Shown piece after piece: positions 9,662 to 20,576 of a stretch of DNA of 64,000 nucleotides. How positions within the stretch are numbered: the stretch's first letter is position 1; every line of letters begins with the position of its first letter. The notes under the pieces were generated by a model. That model saw nothing but the letters and a program-made list of their open reading frames with translations. It was not told the origin of the DNA and searched no databases. Origin of the DNA: an uncultured Verrucomicrobiae bacterium (GTDB taxonomy: Bacteria; Verrucomicrobiota; Verrucomicrobiia; Chthoniobacterales; JAFAMB01); NCBI GenBank assembly GCA_963762565.1, contig CAVXLD010000001.1, forward strand, positions 800,001 through 864,000, written 5' to 3'. A program made the position numbers and the translations under genes.

Positions 9662-9951
9662 CCCAGCGCTTGGAGGGGAGCCGCTTTAGTGGTTATCGGG
9701 AGACCTCGCGCATTCGTCTCAGCGCTTCATCCGGCCAGAGAATGTCGCAACGGGCGGCTCCCGGGAGTAAGCCAGCGCGACGCATTCAGCCACGGCTTTC
9801 GATTCGCTTATACCCGGACCACAGAGCTGCGAATCGATGGGTCGTTCCCGGGAGCCGCCTGTTTTCGCCCGTTGCGGCCAGACTAGTGATGAGACGAAAG
9901 TTTGCAGGGTCGCCAGATACACGCCAAAGCGGCTCCCCTCCAGGCGTTGGG
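9662..9951. repeat. MITE-like element with ~26-bp terminal inverted repeats
   Basis: CCCAGCGCTTGGAGGGGAGCCGCTTT ... AAAGCGGCTCCCCTCCAGGCGTTGGG, inner IR GCGGCTCCCGGGA; second copy at 15170-15406. Confidence 0.8.
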
Positions 9952-10001
9952 AACGTGCCGACCCCTTCGAGAACGAGGACGAGGACGAGTACGCTGCCCA
10001 C

Positions 10002-11318
10002 CTACCCCTGCAACAACAACCTCGTTGGATCCTCAATACAATCTTTGACCCGAACCAGGAAAGTCACGGCTTCCTTGCCATCAACAACTCGGTGGTCGTA
10101 GCTGAGGGCCAGGTACATCATCGGACGGACCTCGATCTTATCACCAATCGCCACCGGGCGGTTTTGGATCTTGTGCATCCCAAGAATACCGCTCTGTGGT
10201 GGATTCAAAATCGGAGTGCTCAAGAGCGATCCATAAATCCCGCCATTCGTAATGGTAAACACGCCGCCAGTGAGCTCATCCAGTTGGAGTTTGCCATCTC
10301 GCGCTTTGGTCGCGAAACCGGCGACCACGCTCTCTAACTCGGCAAAGCTCTTTTTGTCCGCATCGCGAACCACTGGTACTACGAGGCCGCGCTCAGTACC
10401 CACCGCGACCCCAATATCGTAGTAATGATTCTCAACCAGATCATCCCCGTCGATTCGCGCGTTCATCGCGGGAACAACCTGAAGGGCGTCGACCACGGCC
10501 TTAATGAAGAAGGACATGAATCCAAGCTTGGTGCCGTGCCTCTTCTGGAAAACTTCTTGATAACTCGATCGCAGACGCATCACCGCGGTCATGTCGCACT
10601 CGTTGAATGTCGTTAGCATGGCCGCGTTCTGCTGGGCCATGACCAGCTGGGCCGCGATTTTCTTCCGAAGCGGTGACATTTTCCGGCGTACGCTTCGCCC
10701 ATCGCTCGAAACCGGCGCCAGTGGCACCGCTGGCTTACTCTCCACCACTGCAGCACCCTTTTGGGCGGGTTGCGGCTCCTCCCTCGCTGAAGCTTCCTCC
10801 CTCGCCGAGGACTTCGGCGAGCTCAGTCGAGCCGCTTCGGTGGACGAGTCTGCAACCTCTTTTTGCGCCGGCCGCTCTAAATAGTTGATCAAGTCCTCTT
10901 TCGTAACTTGACCGTGTTTTCCGGTTCCGGTCACTTCGGTCAACGAGATTTTCTCATCAGCCGCTAAACGGCGAACGGCCGGACTAAGCGCAGATTCTTC
11001 CTTGGCAGATGCCTCCGCTTTTGGGGAAGCCGTCACGGTTGCACTAGGGCCAGCCTTTGTCGATTCCGGTTTGATGGCGCTGCCGGTAGCATCAATCATT
11101 GCCACGATTTGACCGATCTTTACCTCTTCACCGGCAGCGACCATGATTTGCAATGTCCCGGAAGCTGGAGCTGGCACCTCGGTAGCAATTTTGTCGGTCT
11201 CCAGTGAGAAGATCGGTTCACCGTCCTGAACGGAGTCGCCATTTTGTTTAAGCCATCCAGATAAGACACCGGAGGTAATCGACTCGCCGACGGCTGGAAT
11301 TTTGACTTCGGTACTCAT
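10002..11318 (-). CDS. sucB: 2-oxoglutarate dehydrogenase E2 (dihydrolipoamide succinyltransferase)
   Basis: Lipoyl ETDKIA, E3-binding SPAVRRLA, catalytic SYDHRVVDG. Confidence 0.97.
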   Translation of the reverse strand: MSTEVKIPAVGESITSGVLSGWLKQNGDSVQDGEPIFSLETDKIATEVPAPASGTLQIMVAAGEEVKIGQIVAMIDATGSAIKPESTKAGPSATVTASPKAEASAKEESALSPAVRRLAADEKISLTEVTGTGKHGQVTKEDLINYLERPAQKEVADSSTEAARLSSPKSSAREEASAREEPQPAQKGAAVVESKPAVPLAPVSSDGRSVRRKMSPLRKKIAAQLVMAQQNAAMLTTFNECDMTAVMRLRSSYQEVFQKRHGTKLGFMSFFIKAVVDALQVVPAMNARIDGDDLVENHYYDIGVAVGTERGLVVPVVRDADKKSFAELESVVAGFATKARDGKLQLDELTGGVFTITNGGIYGSLLSTPILNPPQSGILGMHKIQNRPVAIGDKIEVRPMMYLALSYDHRVVDGKEAVTFLVRVKDCIEDPTRLLLQG

Positions 11319-11332
11319 GTTCGATCGCTCGG

Positions 11333-14086
11333 CTAAAAGGAAAAAGCTTGCTCCAACAACTCTCTCTGCTGGCGGTCATGCCAAGCCTTGGATCCTACTG
11401 CCGGGCTGGCGGCCCGAGGCCGGCCAGCGTAAAGAAGCGGACGCGGTGTCAATGTGCTAAGCGAAGGTGAAATGTAAGTCCACGCACCCATGTTCCTTGG
11501 CTCTTCCTGGCACCAGACCCATTTCTCCGCCTTTGCCAACGGCGCGATAATCTCTTCTAAACGTTCGGTGTTGAGCGGATAGAGCTGCTCGACCCGAACC
11601 AGGGCGACGTCCTTGATCTTGGTCGTCTCAGCCTGCTTCAACAGGTCATAGTATATCTTGCCAGAACTGAAAATAACGCGGCTCACATTGCCCGGCTTAT
11701 CGAAGAGTGTGGGCCCAAGAATCTGTTGAAAAGAAGAAGCGGTAAAATCCTCCAGGTGCGAGACCGCTCGCTCGTTTCGAAGCAGCGACTTTGGCGTCAT
11801 CAGGATCAGCGGCTTCCGGAAATCTCGCTTCATCTGCCGCCTGAGCACATGGAAATACTGGGCCGGCGTGGTCAAGTTACACACCTCCATATTTTCCTCA
11901 GCGCAGAGCTGAAGGAATCGTTCCAAGCGAGCGCTCGAATGCTCCGGACCTTGTCCTTCATAGCCATGCGGTAATAACAGAACGATGCCGCTCGGCCGCT
12001 GCCATTTGGACTCTGAGCTAGCGATGAACTGGTCGATCACTACTTGAGCGCCATTGGCAAAGTCACCAAATTGCGCTTCCCACAAGCAAAGCATCTTAGG
12101 GAAATCGAGTGAGTAGCCGTAGTCGAAGCCCAGTACGGCAGCTTCTGAAAGCATGCTGTTATAAACGCAAAAACGCGCTTGATCCGGGGTAAGATTTGCT
12201 AACGGGATGTAGCGGTCGCGCGTCTCGACATCGTAAAGTACTGAATGACGCTGGCTGAACGTACCCCGGCGACTGTCCTGACCCGAAAGCCGGACCGGGG
12301 TCCCCTCTACCAACAATGATCCGAAAGCGAGCGCCTCACCATAAGACCAATCGTATGGGCCACCGCTCGCGTGCTGACTGCGGCGCCGGTCAAGCAGCAT
12401 CTTCCGGATCTGGGGCTGGATCCTAAAGCCGTCAGGCACTTTCGTGATGCCGTCCACAATCAGGTCGAAAAGCTCTTTAGAGATCTGAGTGACAGGTTCG
12501 CGATGGGTGTACTCAGGCTGAAAAACTGCGGTCGATTCTTCAAAGCTGCGATGGAGGTCTTTACGCGAGGTGACTTCGGTGGTTTGCACCTCGTTGAGAG
12601 CACGTTCCAGCAAATGCCTAAACTCTTTTTCCAGGTTGTCCGCATCTTCCTCAGTCAGCACTCCGGAAGCGAGCAGCTGGCGTTCAAAAATCTTGGTTAC
12701 GGCAGGATGCACTTGGATGGTTTTGTACAACCGAGGTTGGGTGAAACTCGGTTCATCCGTCTCATTGTGCCCATACCGCCGATAGCAATACATATCGATA
12801 ACGACATCGCGTCCGAACTGCTGTCGAAACTCGAAAGCGGTTTTCGCTACAAATGCCACTGCCAGAGCATCATCGCCATTCACATGGAAGATGGGCGCTT
12901 CAATCATCTTGGCCACGTCGGTGCAATAAGCACTCGAACGGGCGTCTGCCGGCAAGGTCGTAAAACCAATTTGGTTGTTGACGATGATGTGAACGGTGCC
13001 GCCGGTTTCGTAGCCGGGAAGTTGAGATAAATTCAACACCTCCGCCACCACACCTTGGCCCGCGAACGCGGCGTCTCCGTGAATCAAAAGCGGAAGCACT
13101 TTTGTGCGGTGCTCGGTGTCGCCTACGATCCGCTGGCGCGCCCTGGCTTTCCCTTCCACCACCGGGTTTACAATTTCCAAATGACTCGGATTGCCAGCCA
13201 AATGGATACCAACCTCGGCCCGGCCCTCGAAGACCCGGACGCTCTCGTAGCCAAGGTGATATTTGACGTCTCCATCACCAGCGACCAAGTCAGGAATATA
13301 GTTTTCCGAAAATTCTTTGAAAATTGTTGGATACGATTTCTTCAAAAAGTTCGCCAGGACAGTCAGACGCCCACGATGCGCCATTCCCATGACGATATCG
13401 GAGACGTTGACAGCAACGCACCCGCTCAAGATGGTCTCCAGAATCACCATCAAACTTTCGCTGCCCTGCAACGAAAAACGTTTTTGCCCGATGAACTTCG
13501 TATGAACGAACTGTTCAAAGGTCTCGGCTTCCATCAGCCAACGAAGAAGCTGTTTCTGTTGGTCCGCGTCCGGTCGGAACATCTCAAGACGAGTTTCAAT
13601 TCTCTCCCGCACCCACTCCCTTACTTGTTCATTCTGAATGTGCATGAACTCGACCCCGACGGTGCCCGAGTAGATTGCGTTAAGGGCGCTGAATAACTCA
13701 CTCAGTTCGAGCGATTTACCATTCTGAAAGTAACGAGAGGCTACCGGCGTCGAACCCGGCACGCCGGCCAAGCCCAGCCCTTCGAGAGTTAAAGCCGGTT
13801 GAGGCGGGGCCGGCGCAGTCAGCGGATCCAACTTCGCCTGCGTATGGCCCAAAATCCGGTAATTAGTGACCAGCGCGTCAACTCGGTTCTGCAAATCAGC
13901 GTCAACCGGCGGAGCGTAAGGAGCGGTTACCGTTTTATGCCCGTTACGAGTCGATGAATTCCCGAGTTCAAATCCTTCGAAGAAAGCTGACCACGTCGCG
14001 TCGACCGATGCCGGATCTTTTTTCCAACGTTGATGATATTCGTCCAACAGATCGGCGTTCCAATCGTTCAAATACGATGTTCTCAT
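11333..14086 (-). CDS. sucA: 2-oxoglutarate dehydrogenase E1
   Basis: [39 protein letters not shown]; start set at ATG 14086. Confidence 0.97.
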   Translation of the reverse strand: MRTSYLNDWNADLLDEYHQRWKKDPASVDATWSAFFEGFELGNSSTRNGHKTVTAPYAPPVDADLQNRVDALVTNYRILGHTQAKLDPLTAPAPPQPALTLEGLGLAGVPGSTPVASRYFQNGKSLELSELFSALNAIYSGTVGVEFMHIQNEQVREWVRERIETRLEMFRPDADQQKQLLRWLMEAETFEQFVHTKFIGQKRFSLQGSESLMVILETILSGCVAVNVSDIVMGMAHRGRLTVLANFLKKSYPTIFKEFSENYIPDLVAGDGDVKYHLGYESVRVFEGRAEVGIHLAGNPSHLEIVNPVVEGKARARQRIVGDTEHRTKVLPLLIHGDAAFAGQGVVAEVLNLSQLPGYETGGTVHIIVNNQIGFTTLPADARSSAYCTDVAKMIEAPIFHVNGDDALAVAFVAKTAFEFRQQFGRDVVIDMYCYRRYGHNETDEPSFTQPRLYKTIQVHPAVTKIFERQLLASGVLTEEDADNLEKEFRHLLERALNEVQTTEVTSRKDLHRSFEESTAVFQPEYTHREPVTQISKELFDLIVDGITKVPDGFRIQPQIRKMLLDRRRSQHASGGPYDWSYGEALAFGSLLVEGTPVRLSGQDSRRGTFSQRHSVLYDVETRDRYIPLANLTPDQARFCVYNSMLSEAAVLGFDYGYSLDFPKMLCLWEAQFGDFANGAQVVIDQFIASSESKWQRPSGIVLLLPHGYEGQGPEHSSARLERFLQLCAEENMEVCNLTTPAQYFHVLRRQMKRDFRKPLILMTPKSLLRNERAVSHLEDFTASSFQQILGPTLFDKPGNVSRVIFSSGKIYYDLLKQAETTKIKDVALVRVEQLYPLNTERLEEIIAPLAKAEKWVWCQEEPRNMGAWTYISPSLSTLTPRPLLYAGRPRAASPAVGSKAWHDRQQRELLEQAFSF

Positions 14087-14349
14087 ATTTTTGCTCGGAG
14101 AGCAGAGGACCAGAAATCTAAACGAATAAGCAGACTCCCCAAACGAATTTTGATTAAAAAATTGGAGAGCCCAAGCGTTATTGCAAACCGCAAGTAACAA
14201 CGCCATCAGCGCCCCCGCCCCGCGCAACGGCTCAGCGGGTTTTATCGGCGAGTCCCACGCAACGTCAAGAAACGCGCGGCCCTTTGCGAACTCTGTATAT
14301 TGTTCCGGAGCCTCGCCTTACCAATCACTAATCACTAATCACCAATCAC

Positions 14350-15102
14350 ATGAAAGCCTCCCCCAGCGACTATCAACTCGACTTCAAGCGTCGTCGTGCG
14401 CTCGTAACGGGCGCCGGCAAGGGTATCGGCCGTGAAATTGCTGTCCAACTCCACCGGTTCAATGCCCAGGTTGTCGCGGTCGCACGCACCGATTCGGATC
14501 TGAAAGCACTAAAGGATGAAATCGGCTGCGAGACGATTATTGCCGAGCTTGGTGATCCGGCTGAAGCGAAGCGGGCGGCCGAGCAAGCCGGCGATATCGA
14601 TCTCTTAGTCAACAATGCGGCAATTGCCATCTTACAACCTTTCCTAAAAACAACCGTAGAGGCCTGGGACACGACCATGGCGGTCAATCTGCGGGCGATT
14701 GTGATTATTTCCCAGATTGTCGCGACCCGGATGATCGCGCGGGACGTCCGCGGTTCGATTATCAACGTCTCCAGTATGGCCCGCTTCCAAGCCTTGCACG
14801 ATCATGCCGCCTATTGCGCTTCGAAGGCCGGTTTGGATCAACTCACGGCGGTGATGGCGATTGAGTTGGGCGAATATGGTATTCGGGTCAACTCGGTTAA
14901 CCCGACGGTCGTTTTGACTGAGATGGGTAAACGGGCATGGAGCGACCCGGCAAAAGGCGGCCCGATGCTAGCCCGTATCCCGTTAGGCAGATTTGCCGAA
15001 TGCGAAGATATCGCAACCGTGGTCTGTTTTCTTCTCAGCGATGCCGCCGGGATGCTGAATGGTCTAGCCCTGCCCATCGACGGTGGCTTTCATACGACGT
15101 AG
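14350..15102 (+). CDS. Short-chain dehydrogenase/reductase (L-xylulose reductase-like)
   Basis: TGAGKGIG, NNAA, YCASK, NSVNPTVVLTEMG. Confidence 0.88.
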   Translation: MKASPSDYQLDFKRRRALVTGAGKGIGREIAVQLHRFNAQVVAVARTDSDLKALKDEIGCETIIAELGDPAEAKRAAEQAGDIDLLVNNAAIAILQPFLKTTVEAWDTTMAVNLRAIVIISQIVATRMIARDVRGSIINVSSMARFQALHDHAAYCASKAGLDQLTAVMAIELGEYGIRVNSVNPTVVLTEMGKRAWSDPAKGGPMLARIPLGRFAECEDIATVVCFLLSDAAGMLNGLALPIDGGFHTT

Positions 15103-15169
15103 GGTCTGGCAGTTGGCGGTTCGCAGTTCGCGGTTCGCGGTTGGCGGTTCATCGGTTGGCGGTTGCTGA

Positions 15170-15406
15170 CCCAGCGCCTGGAGGGGAGCCGCTCTGTAGG
15201 ATGGCATCTGTATTGGTTGGCAGCAGGCGGCTCCCGGGAATTAACCAACGCGTCAACTTCAGCCCAACGTGCCCACGAATCGCTTGCGTCCACCCCTGAA
15301 AACAAATGCGAGGAAACGTGGCGAATCAGGGGCGGTTCCCGGGAGCCGCTTGCTAGATACGGCTAGAGCTGCAACGCGACAAAGCGGCTCCCCTCCAGGC
15401 GCTGGG
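15170..15406. repeat. Second copy of the GGAGGGGAGCCGC MITE-like element
   Basis: Same terminal and internal IRs as 9662-9951; different core. Confidence 0.8.
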
Positions 15407-15443
15407 TCGGCAACCGTCAACGGCAAACTGCGAACCGGCGCGC

Positions 15444-16991
15444 CTATTCCCCCGCCGCTCCCATTCGCGTCTCGTTCACAAACTGCTCCATCGAATTGTC
15501 GATTTGGCGAGCGGTGCGTCCGTGAGCGGCATGGATGTACATACTCTTTCGGTCAAAATTTTCCGAACGAGCAGGAGGCAGCGAAATCTCATATTTCACC
15601 GGCTGATTGTGGTCCGCGATCTGGAGCTCGGGGTTGTACACGCTGTTAAATTTCCACAGCATGTTGACGAAGTTTGTCTGGCCGCGCAGCAATCGAGCCG
15701 CGGCCATCCCTGCCGCTTCTCGCAACGCCGAAAGCCCGAGATGTTTGATGCTTAGCACTCGCTGAGTTTCCACTAGCTCCCGGTAAAACTCGGGCAAGGG
15801 CAGGTGCGTAGGCATTACTGCGTGTTGGATATCAAATAAGCGATAGTCCCGAGTATTGATATTCCGCGATTCTGTCCGCCAGCTCTCGGTTCCGGGGTAA
15901 GGAGTGTTGACGCTGATGTTTACGATCTCTGGGATTTCCATACACCAATCCCGGATCACTTTGAAGCGCTCCCGATCCCAAGACGGATCCGCAATGATAT
16001 TGATCGCAACAGAAATCCCAAGTGAGCGGGCAAAGTCCAACGCCTCAAAATTCTTGGAAAGACTGACGCGCTTGCGGAATTGTTTAAGCCCCTCTTCATC
16101 AATCGCTTCGATCCCAAGAAACATGTATTCCAGGCCGATTTTGCGCCAAAACTGGAATACTTCTTTGTTGCGAAGCAGGATGTCGCCGCGGGTCTCCAAA
16201 TAGTACTGTTTGCGAATCCCTTTGCTGGCGATCATTTCGCCGATTCGCATGCCATGCTCTGCTTGGATGAAAGCGACGTCGTCCAGAAGAAAAACGCCGG
16301 GTTCCCGAATCGTGGCAAGCTCTTCAATCACTCTCTCAGGTGATTTTGTCCGGTAGCTGCGACCGTAAAAAGTCCACGCACTACAGAAGACGCAATCCCA
16401 CGGGCACCCGCGACTGAATTCTATCGAGGCGCAGGGATCGAGCACTCCGATGAAATAGCGGCGGCGATGCCGCAACAAATCTCGGGCTGGAAGCAGATTG
16501 TCAAGGCTCTCCACGAACCCGGGTCTGGGACCTTCGCCGTCTAGCGTAACAACGCCCGGCACCTTGTTCAGAGAGGCACGGTCACTTTGCGCCGCCTCGA
16601 GTAGAGCGGTCATCACGGGCTCTCCCTCGCCTTTCAAGATGCAATCCAGGGCGCCTCCTCCGTGCTCCAGTAACTCCTGGGCGGTAAAAGACGCGCTGTG
16701 GCCACCCACCACAATCAGGCTCTTCGGAAGCTTTGTCCGAGTGGCCTTGGCCAGATCAAGGATTTCCGGGACATTTGCCAGGTAATTGCATGAATAAGCA
16801 ATCACATCGGGTTGCCATTGATCAACAATGCGGAAGTAGTCTCGATGGGTTTCTGCCTGTAAATCGATGATTCGAACCTCGTGTCCCGCTTCCTGGCAGG
16901 CTGCGGCGACCAGTTCGAGGCCAAGCGGCTCTAGCCGCAGATAGATCTTTGAATACATCAAACAACTCGGATGGACAGCGAGTAGTTTCAT
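15444..16991 (-). CDS. hpnR: B12-dependent radical SAM hopanoid C-3 methylase
   Basis: N-terminus AVHPSCLMYSKIYLRLEPLGLE recalled as HpnR-like; B12-binding GGHSAS; CPWDCVFC radical SAM motif. Confidence 0.82.
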   Translation of the reverse strand: MKLLAVHPSCLMYSKIYLRLEPLGLELVAAACQEAGHEVRIIDLQAETHRDYFRIVDQWQPDVIAYSCNYLANVPEILDLAKATRTKLPKSLIVVGGHSASFTAQELLEHGGGALDCILKGEGEPVMTALLEAAQSDRASLNKVPGVVTLDGEGPRPGFVESLDNLLPARDLLRHRRRYFIGVLDPCASIEFSRGCPWDCVFCSAWTFYGRSYRTKSPERVIEELATIREPGVFLLDDVAFIQAEHGMRIGEMIASKGIRKQYYLETRGDILLRNKEVFQFWRKIGLEYMFLGIEAIDEEGLKQFRKRVSLSKNFEALDFARSLGISVAINIIADPSWDRERFKVIRDWCMEIPEIVNISVNTPYPGTESWRTESRNINTRDYRLFDIQHAVMPTHLPLPEFYRELVETQRVLSIKHLGLSALREAAGMAAARLLRGQTNFVNMLWKFNSVYNPELQIADHNQPVKYEISLPPARSENFDRKSMYIHAAHGRTARQIDNSMEQFVNETRMGAAGE

Positions 16992-17331
16992 AATTCCTGA
17001 GGAGATCCCTTTCTTTAAATCAACGTATTGTGCCGCGAAAAGGTTTCAATTTTGCGCTGGAAGCATTTATCAAGCCGGTTATGGCGACAGGTAGCCTCTT
17101 ATCATTAATACTTGGCTCGAGCGGCACTCCCCTTTATTCTCCGGTCTCATTCGTTTCCCGGCAGCCCGGATTTCTCATAGAAGCGCCAATTCAAGAACTT
17201 TGCAACCGCTCGGCTTCTGTGAGAGATCCGGGCTGTGGCCAAGCTAATGCTCGTGCAAACACTCAGCAACATCAGGCTTTTTGTGGGAACACGCACAACC
17301 CGGATCTTCGGGCACTCATCTCTTACTGTCG

Positions 17332-18264
17332 ATGATCAAAGTTGAACATCTGACGAAGGAGTATGCAGGGATCGTGGCGATAAAGGAGATCAGCTTCGAG
17401 GTTGCTCGCGGTGAAATCGTTGGATTCCTAGGCCCGAACGGAGCTGGTAAGAGCACGACGATGAGAATCCTTGCGAGCTACCTTCCTCCGACTGCAGGAC
17501 GGGCCGTGGTGGCCGGCTTTGACGTATTTAAAGATTCGCTGAAGGCTCGACGCCGTCTCGGGTATTTGGCAGAAAACGTTCCCCTCTATCACGATATGCG
17601 GGTCGACGAGTATTTACGATACCGGGGGACTCTCAAAGGTCTGTCCGGCCGGAAACTGATTGGTAGAGTAGGCACCACAAAAGAACTCTGTGGGCTAAGA
17701 GAGGTCGGCCGCAAAAAGATCGCCGGGTTGTCGAAGGGTTTTCGGCAACGAGTAGGACTGGCGGAGGCGATGATCCACGAACCGGAACTGCTCATTTTAG
17801 ATGAACCGACCATCGGATTGGATCCAAATCAGATCCGCCAGGTACGTGAATTAATAAAATCGTTGGGAGAACGTCACACCATCCTGCTTTCCACCCACAT
17901 TTTGTCCGAAGTGGAGGCAACGTGTAACCGGGTACTGATCATCAATCGGGGGAAAATAGAAGCTTCCGATACCCCGCAGAATCTCGTAAATCAGCTGCGC
18001 ACCGCGGGTTTGGTGAACCTTGAAATTAAGACCGGAAGCGAGGATCCTACGCAATACTTGCTGAAAATCCCAGGGGTTAAAGATGTTCAGCTTAAAACCG
18101 ACGGTCTCTGGCGAAAGGGCTCGATCCGCATCGAGGCTAACTCAGATCTGCGAGAAGAAATCTTTAGTCTGGCCGTCGAACGAAAGTGGGTTATTCGGGA
18201 ATTGAGCAAAGAACGAGCAACACTGGAGGACGTGTTCGTGGAGCTCACGCACGCAGAGGGTTAA
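17332..18264 (+). CDS. ABC transporter ATP-binding protein (GldA-like)
   Basis: Walker A GPNGAGKST, LSKGFRQ signature, LDEPT, STH. Confidence 0.93.
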   Translation: MIKVEHLTKEYAGIVAIKEISFEVARGEIVGFLGPNGAGKSTTMRILASYLPPTAGRAVVAGFDVFKDSLKARRRLGYLAENVPLYHDMRVDEYLRYRGTLKGLSGRKLIGRVGTTKELCGLREVGRKKIAGLSKGFRQRVGLAEAMIHEPELLILDEPTIGLDPNQIRQVRELIKSLGERHTILLSTHILSEVEATCNRVLIINRGKIEASDTPQNLVNQLRTAGLVNLEIKTGSEDPTQYLLKIPGVKDVQLKTDGLWRKGSIRIEANSDLREEIFSLAVERKWVIRELSKERATLEDVFVELTHAEG

Positions 18265-18278
18265 GTGTCCCGTCCCGT

Positions 18279-19037
18279 ATGATTAGAAGATTTTTCGCCC
18301 TGCTACTCAGAGAGCTTTCCGCGTTTTACTTTTCGCCGATTGCCTACGTGGTGTTGTTCTTTTTTCTAATCCTCAATGGCTTGGCGTTTTGGTTTTCTGT
18401 TGCGCCGTTGAGCCACGGACCATCCGAGCTCACTGTGGTGCAGATCTTTTTCAACAAACTTACATTCTGGATCGCCTACCTGTTGATCTTCCCGGTCATC
18501 ACGATGCGGTTGTTTTCTGAAGAATTTAAGCTCGGCACCATCGAGACTTTGATGACAGCTCCGGTTCGCGATTGGGAAGTGGTCGGTTCGAAGTTCTTGG
18601 CGGCGCTTGTGTTTTATCTAACCCTTTGGCTACCGAGTTTGCTGTATTTCCTGCTTTTCGGTTGGCTGATAAACCGGGATGCAGCCGGCACGGGCGCCCA
18701 ACTCTGGGCCCCGTATCTTCTGCTGCTGATAATGGGCATGTTCAACTTGTCGCTCGGTTGTTTGGCGTCGTCGCTCACTTCTAACCAGATCATCGCAGCA
18801 ATGATGGCGTCGGTTCTGGTTCTGGGGATTTTCTTTCTGACGATGATCGGGTATGCGCTAAGCGGTAGCTCATCGATATTGCGAGAAATAACCTCGTACG
18901 TTTCGCAGCTCGACCACATGGACACTTTTTCCCGCGGCGTAATCGACAGCCGGCCCCTGGTCTTTTACCCGACCTGTACCGCTTTCGTGTTACTCATCAC
19001 CTATCACGTTTTCCAATATCGCAGGTGGAAGATTTAG
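18279..19037 (+). CDS. ABC-2 permease (GldF-like)
   Basis: Six TM segments, TMRLFSEE..GTIETLMTAP. Confidence 0.9.
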   Translation: MIRRFFALLLRELSAFYFSPIAYVVLFFFLILNGLAFWFSVAPLSHGPSELTVVQIFFNKLTFWIAYLLIFPVITMRLFSEEFKLGTIETLMTAPVRDWEVVGSKFLAALVFYLTLWLPSLLYFLLFGWLINRDAAGTGAQLWAPYLLLLIMGMFNLSLGCLASSLTSNQIIAAMMASVLVLGIFFLTMIGYALSGSSSILREITSYVSQLDHMDTFSRGVIDSRPLVFYPTCTAFVLLITYHVFQYRRWKI

Positions 19038-19058
19038 TGCCTTAAAGAGCAGACCTTC

Positions 19059-20573
19059 ATGCGTGAAAAAGCGTCTCGCCAGATTCCCAGAGTCAGGATT
19101 GCTCTGAATATCGGTGTGCAGATTGCGCTCGCCGCGGTAATTGTTTTTCTGCTGAATTACCTGAGTTTTGAGCGGTTTAAACGCTGGGACCTTTCTCACA
19201 ATCGCAAGTATACCCTTTCGCCGCTAACCCGGCGGGTTTTAGGCTCACTAAAAAAGGAACTCAAAATTTATGTTTTCTCGTCGCCACGCGGAGCCAAGTC
19301 CCCTGGGTCGCAGGTGTTCGATGAAACCGAAGCATTGCTCAAAGAATATGAATACGCAGGCGGGCACCGAGTTCGGGTCGAGACGATTGATCCCTACCTG
19401 AGTCTGACGCGGATGCTGGAGCTGCGGGACAAGTACAAATTCGGGCCGAAGGATAGTACCGATAACATGGTCCTCTTGGACTACGACGGAAGACACAAAA
19501 GCATTCCGACCTCAACGATGGCAGACTACGGGGATACCGAAACCCTCCAGTCGGATCAACCCCCAGTCATGAAAGATTTCAGGGGAGAACAGGTTGTTAC
19601 TAGCGCCTTGATTCAGCTAACAGAAGAAAAACAGGCCAAAGTCGGGTTGATCAGCGGCCATGGGGAGCTTCCGGTAACAGATGATGCCGATCTGGGCCGT
19701 TTCCGCAGCGCGCTTGAACATCAGAATATCGCCCTGCAAGAGCTTGGGTTGGAAGGCCTGGACAGGATCCCGTCCGAATTCACTGCCCTGATTTTGGCAG
19801 GACCACAGTACGATTTATCCGATCACGACGCCGCTATCCTGCATCGTTACTGGGAGGAAGGCGGCCGGCTGTTGATCCTCCTGAATGGACGCGCTAGGAC
19901 CCCGATTCTGGACAATTTGCTGAATCAGTTCGGCGTCTCGCCGGCTAGGGATTTGATCGTTTCCAATTTTCAAACGCAGACGGAGGATAGGGTGACCCTT
20001 GACGTCTATACTCGCTTTTTGGGTGGAACGCCTTTTTTGAAACCGCTCGCCGGGGTTATCGGATTCTTTCCGGGTGGCACTCGCTCAATTGAGGCCAACG
20101 AGAGCCGGCTCAAGGAAGACGCCATTCGGGCAACAAAAGCTTTGGCGCCGGCGATCGATTCTTATTGGGGCGAGAAGGATGACTTCCTAGCCAACAATGC
20201 CGACCCCGTTTTCCATCCCGGCGTAGATTTAAAGCCACCGCTGACGGTTGGTTGGGCTCTAGAGAAAGGCGCAGTAGAGGATCAGAGTATTCAGGTACGA
20301 TCTTCTTCAAGGCTGGTGGTAATCGGGAATGCCGATTTCATTCGTGACGAATGCCTGAATCGCTCGGTCCCGGACATAAACTTTCTGTTTCTCAGCATCA
20401 ATTGGCTCTCGGACCGGCAGACATTGCTCGCTATTCCCCCTAAGGAGACGGCTATCTATACGCTGGATTTGAAGCCCGGCCAAATAGACCAGATCGTTCT
20501 GATCGTTGTAGTCGGTATACCGATGTTTGCCGCCATATTCGGCACTCTCGTTTGGGCCGCGCGGCGGCGTTAA
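19059..20573 (+). CDS. GldG-like ABC auxiliary component
   Basis: N-terminal TM, RWDLS..YTLS, GHGE, C-terminal TM. Confidence 0.85.
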   Translation: MREKASRQIPRVRIALNIGVQIALAAVIVFLLNYLSFERFKRWDLSHNRKYTLSPLTRRVLGSLKKELKIYVFSSPRGAKSPGSQVFDETEALLKEYEYAGGHRVRVETIDPYLSLTRMLELRDKYKFGPKDSTDNMVLLDYDGRHKSIPTSTMADYGDTETLQSDQPPVMKDFRGEQVVTSALIQLTEEKQAKVGLISGHGELPVTDDADLGRFRSALEHQNIALQELGLEGLDRIPSEFTALILAGPQYDLSDHDAAILHRYWEEGGRLLILLNGRARTPILDNLLNQFGVSPARDLIVSNFQTQTEDRVTLDVYTRFLGGTPFLKPLAGVIGFFPGGTRSIEANESRLKEDAIRATKALAPAIDSYWGEKDDFLANNADPVFHPGVDLKPPLTVGWALEKGAVEDQSIQVRSSSRLVVIGNADFIRDECLNRSVPDINFLFLSINWLSDRQTLLAIPPKETAIYTLDLKPGQIDQIVLIVVVGIPMFAAIFGTLVWAARRR

Positions 20574-20576
20574 GCC

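Noticed and set aside
9646..10101. ORFs of 65-166 aa across the 9.6-10 kb gap
   Set aside because: They translate repeat DNA or are antisense to sucB; no motifs
12371..13696. Long + strand ORFs (219 and 213 aa) inside sucA
   Set aside because: Antisense shadows of a GC-rich conserved gene
14087..14227. N-terminal extensions in the ORF track (sucA; likewise dnaA, argA, the RlmD-like gene, ALDH, second GMC)
   Set aside because: Extensions run through intergenic or repeat DNA; conserved domains start at downstream ATGs
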